Source of the DNA: Ginglymostoma cirratum
Taxonomy: Eukaryota
Assembly (NCBI GenBank): GCA_024137785.1
Contig: JAHRHZ010000004.1
Location: forward strand, 33,398,344-33,462,343
Direction of reading: 5' to 3'
Length of the DNA: 64,000 bases
Shown here piece by piece: positions 63,718-64,000 of this stretch (positions are counted from its first letter, which is position 1; each line of letters begins with the position of its first letter). Below the pieces are notes generated by a model, which worked only from the letters and a program-made list of their open reading frames with translations, ran no database searches and had not been told where the DNA came from. The position numbers were made by a program, and so were the translations under genes.

Positions 63718-64000
63718 CAAAGAACAGAGAACAGTACAGAACAGGAACAGGCCCTTCGGCCCACTAAGCTTGCGCCGACACATTTTGCCCTTCCATACTA
63801 AAACTGTCACTTACAGGATCCGTATCCCTCTATTCCCTTTCTATTCATGGATTTTTCCAGGTGTTTCTTGAATGCTGCTATTGCATCTGCTTTGAGCACC
63901 TCCTCTAGCAGTGTGTTTCAGGCACTCACCACCCTTTGTGTGAAAAATTTGCCTTGCACGTCTCTTTTAAACACCTCTCTTTCAGAAATTTGACACTCTG
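63718..64000 (-). mobile_element. CR1-type LINE 3' end, running off the window
   Basis: agaacagtacagaacaggaacaggcccttcggccc tail and CR1 body. Confidence 0.7.

Noticed and set aside
1-64000. Prokaryotic-type systems (CRISPR arrays, operons) and the remaining short ORF-track entries
   Set aside because: The window is a spliced eukaryotic gene; I saw no repeat-spacer array, and the other short ORFs lack splice-compatible or homology support.

Overview
Vertebrate genomic DNA, most likely a shark or other elasmobranch judging from its repeats (HE1-type SINEs, CR1/HER1-like and L2 LINE remnants, Penelope-like elements). The whole window lies inside one + strand gene, perlecan (HSPG2). Fourteen canonical GT-AG exons (1538-63484) splice in frame and encode the end of domain III (laminin-EGF repeats and the third laminin IV/L4 domain) and the start of the first domain-IV Ig repeat. 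The two largest introns hold coding sequence absent from the canonical human protein as I recall it. (1) In the 23-kb intron 4062-27093 is an in-phase candidate alternative last exon (10708-12637, about 642 aa). It has a two-part heptad coiled coil, a long basic Thr/Ser/Lys-rich stalk with many N-glycosylation sequons, a hydrophobic C-terminus, and its own 3'UTR with AATAAA. It would give a truncated, possibly oligomeric, laminin-like perlecan. (2) In the 15.4-kb phase-0 intron 33329-48749, inside the L4 domain, are five frame-preserving candidate cassette exons (209 aa total). They carry furin-type sites (RIRR, RVKR), a duplicated helical motif, and a second copy of the L4 'YYWxLPxxxxGxK' segment, within an intron enriched in TGCATG (RBFOX) motifs. 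The rest is intron and transposon debris, including a Penelope element with a 15-bp TSD and minimal hammerhead ribozyme motifs. All splice models were read by eye from sequence alone; none has transcript support here. Repeat boundaries are approximate.
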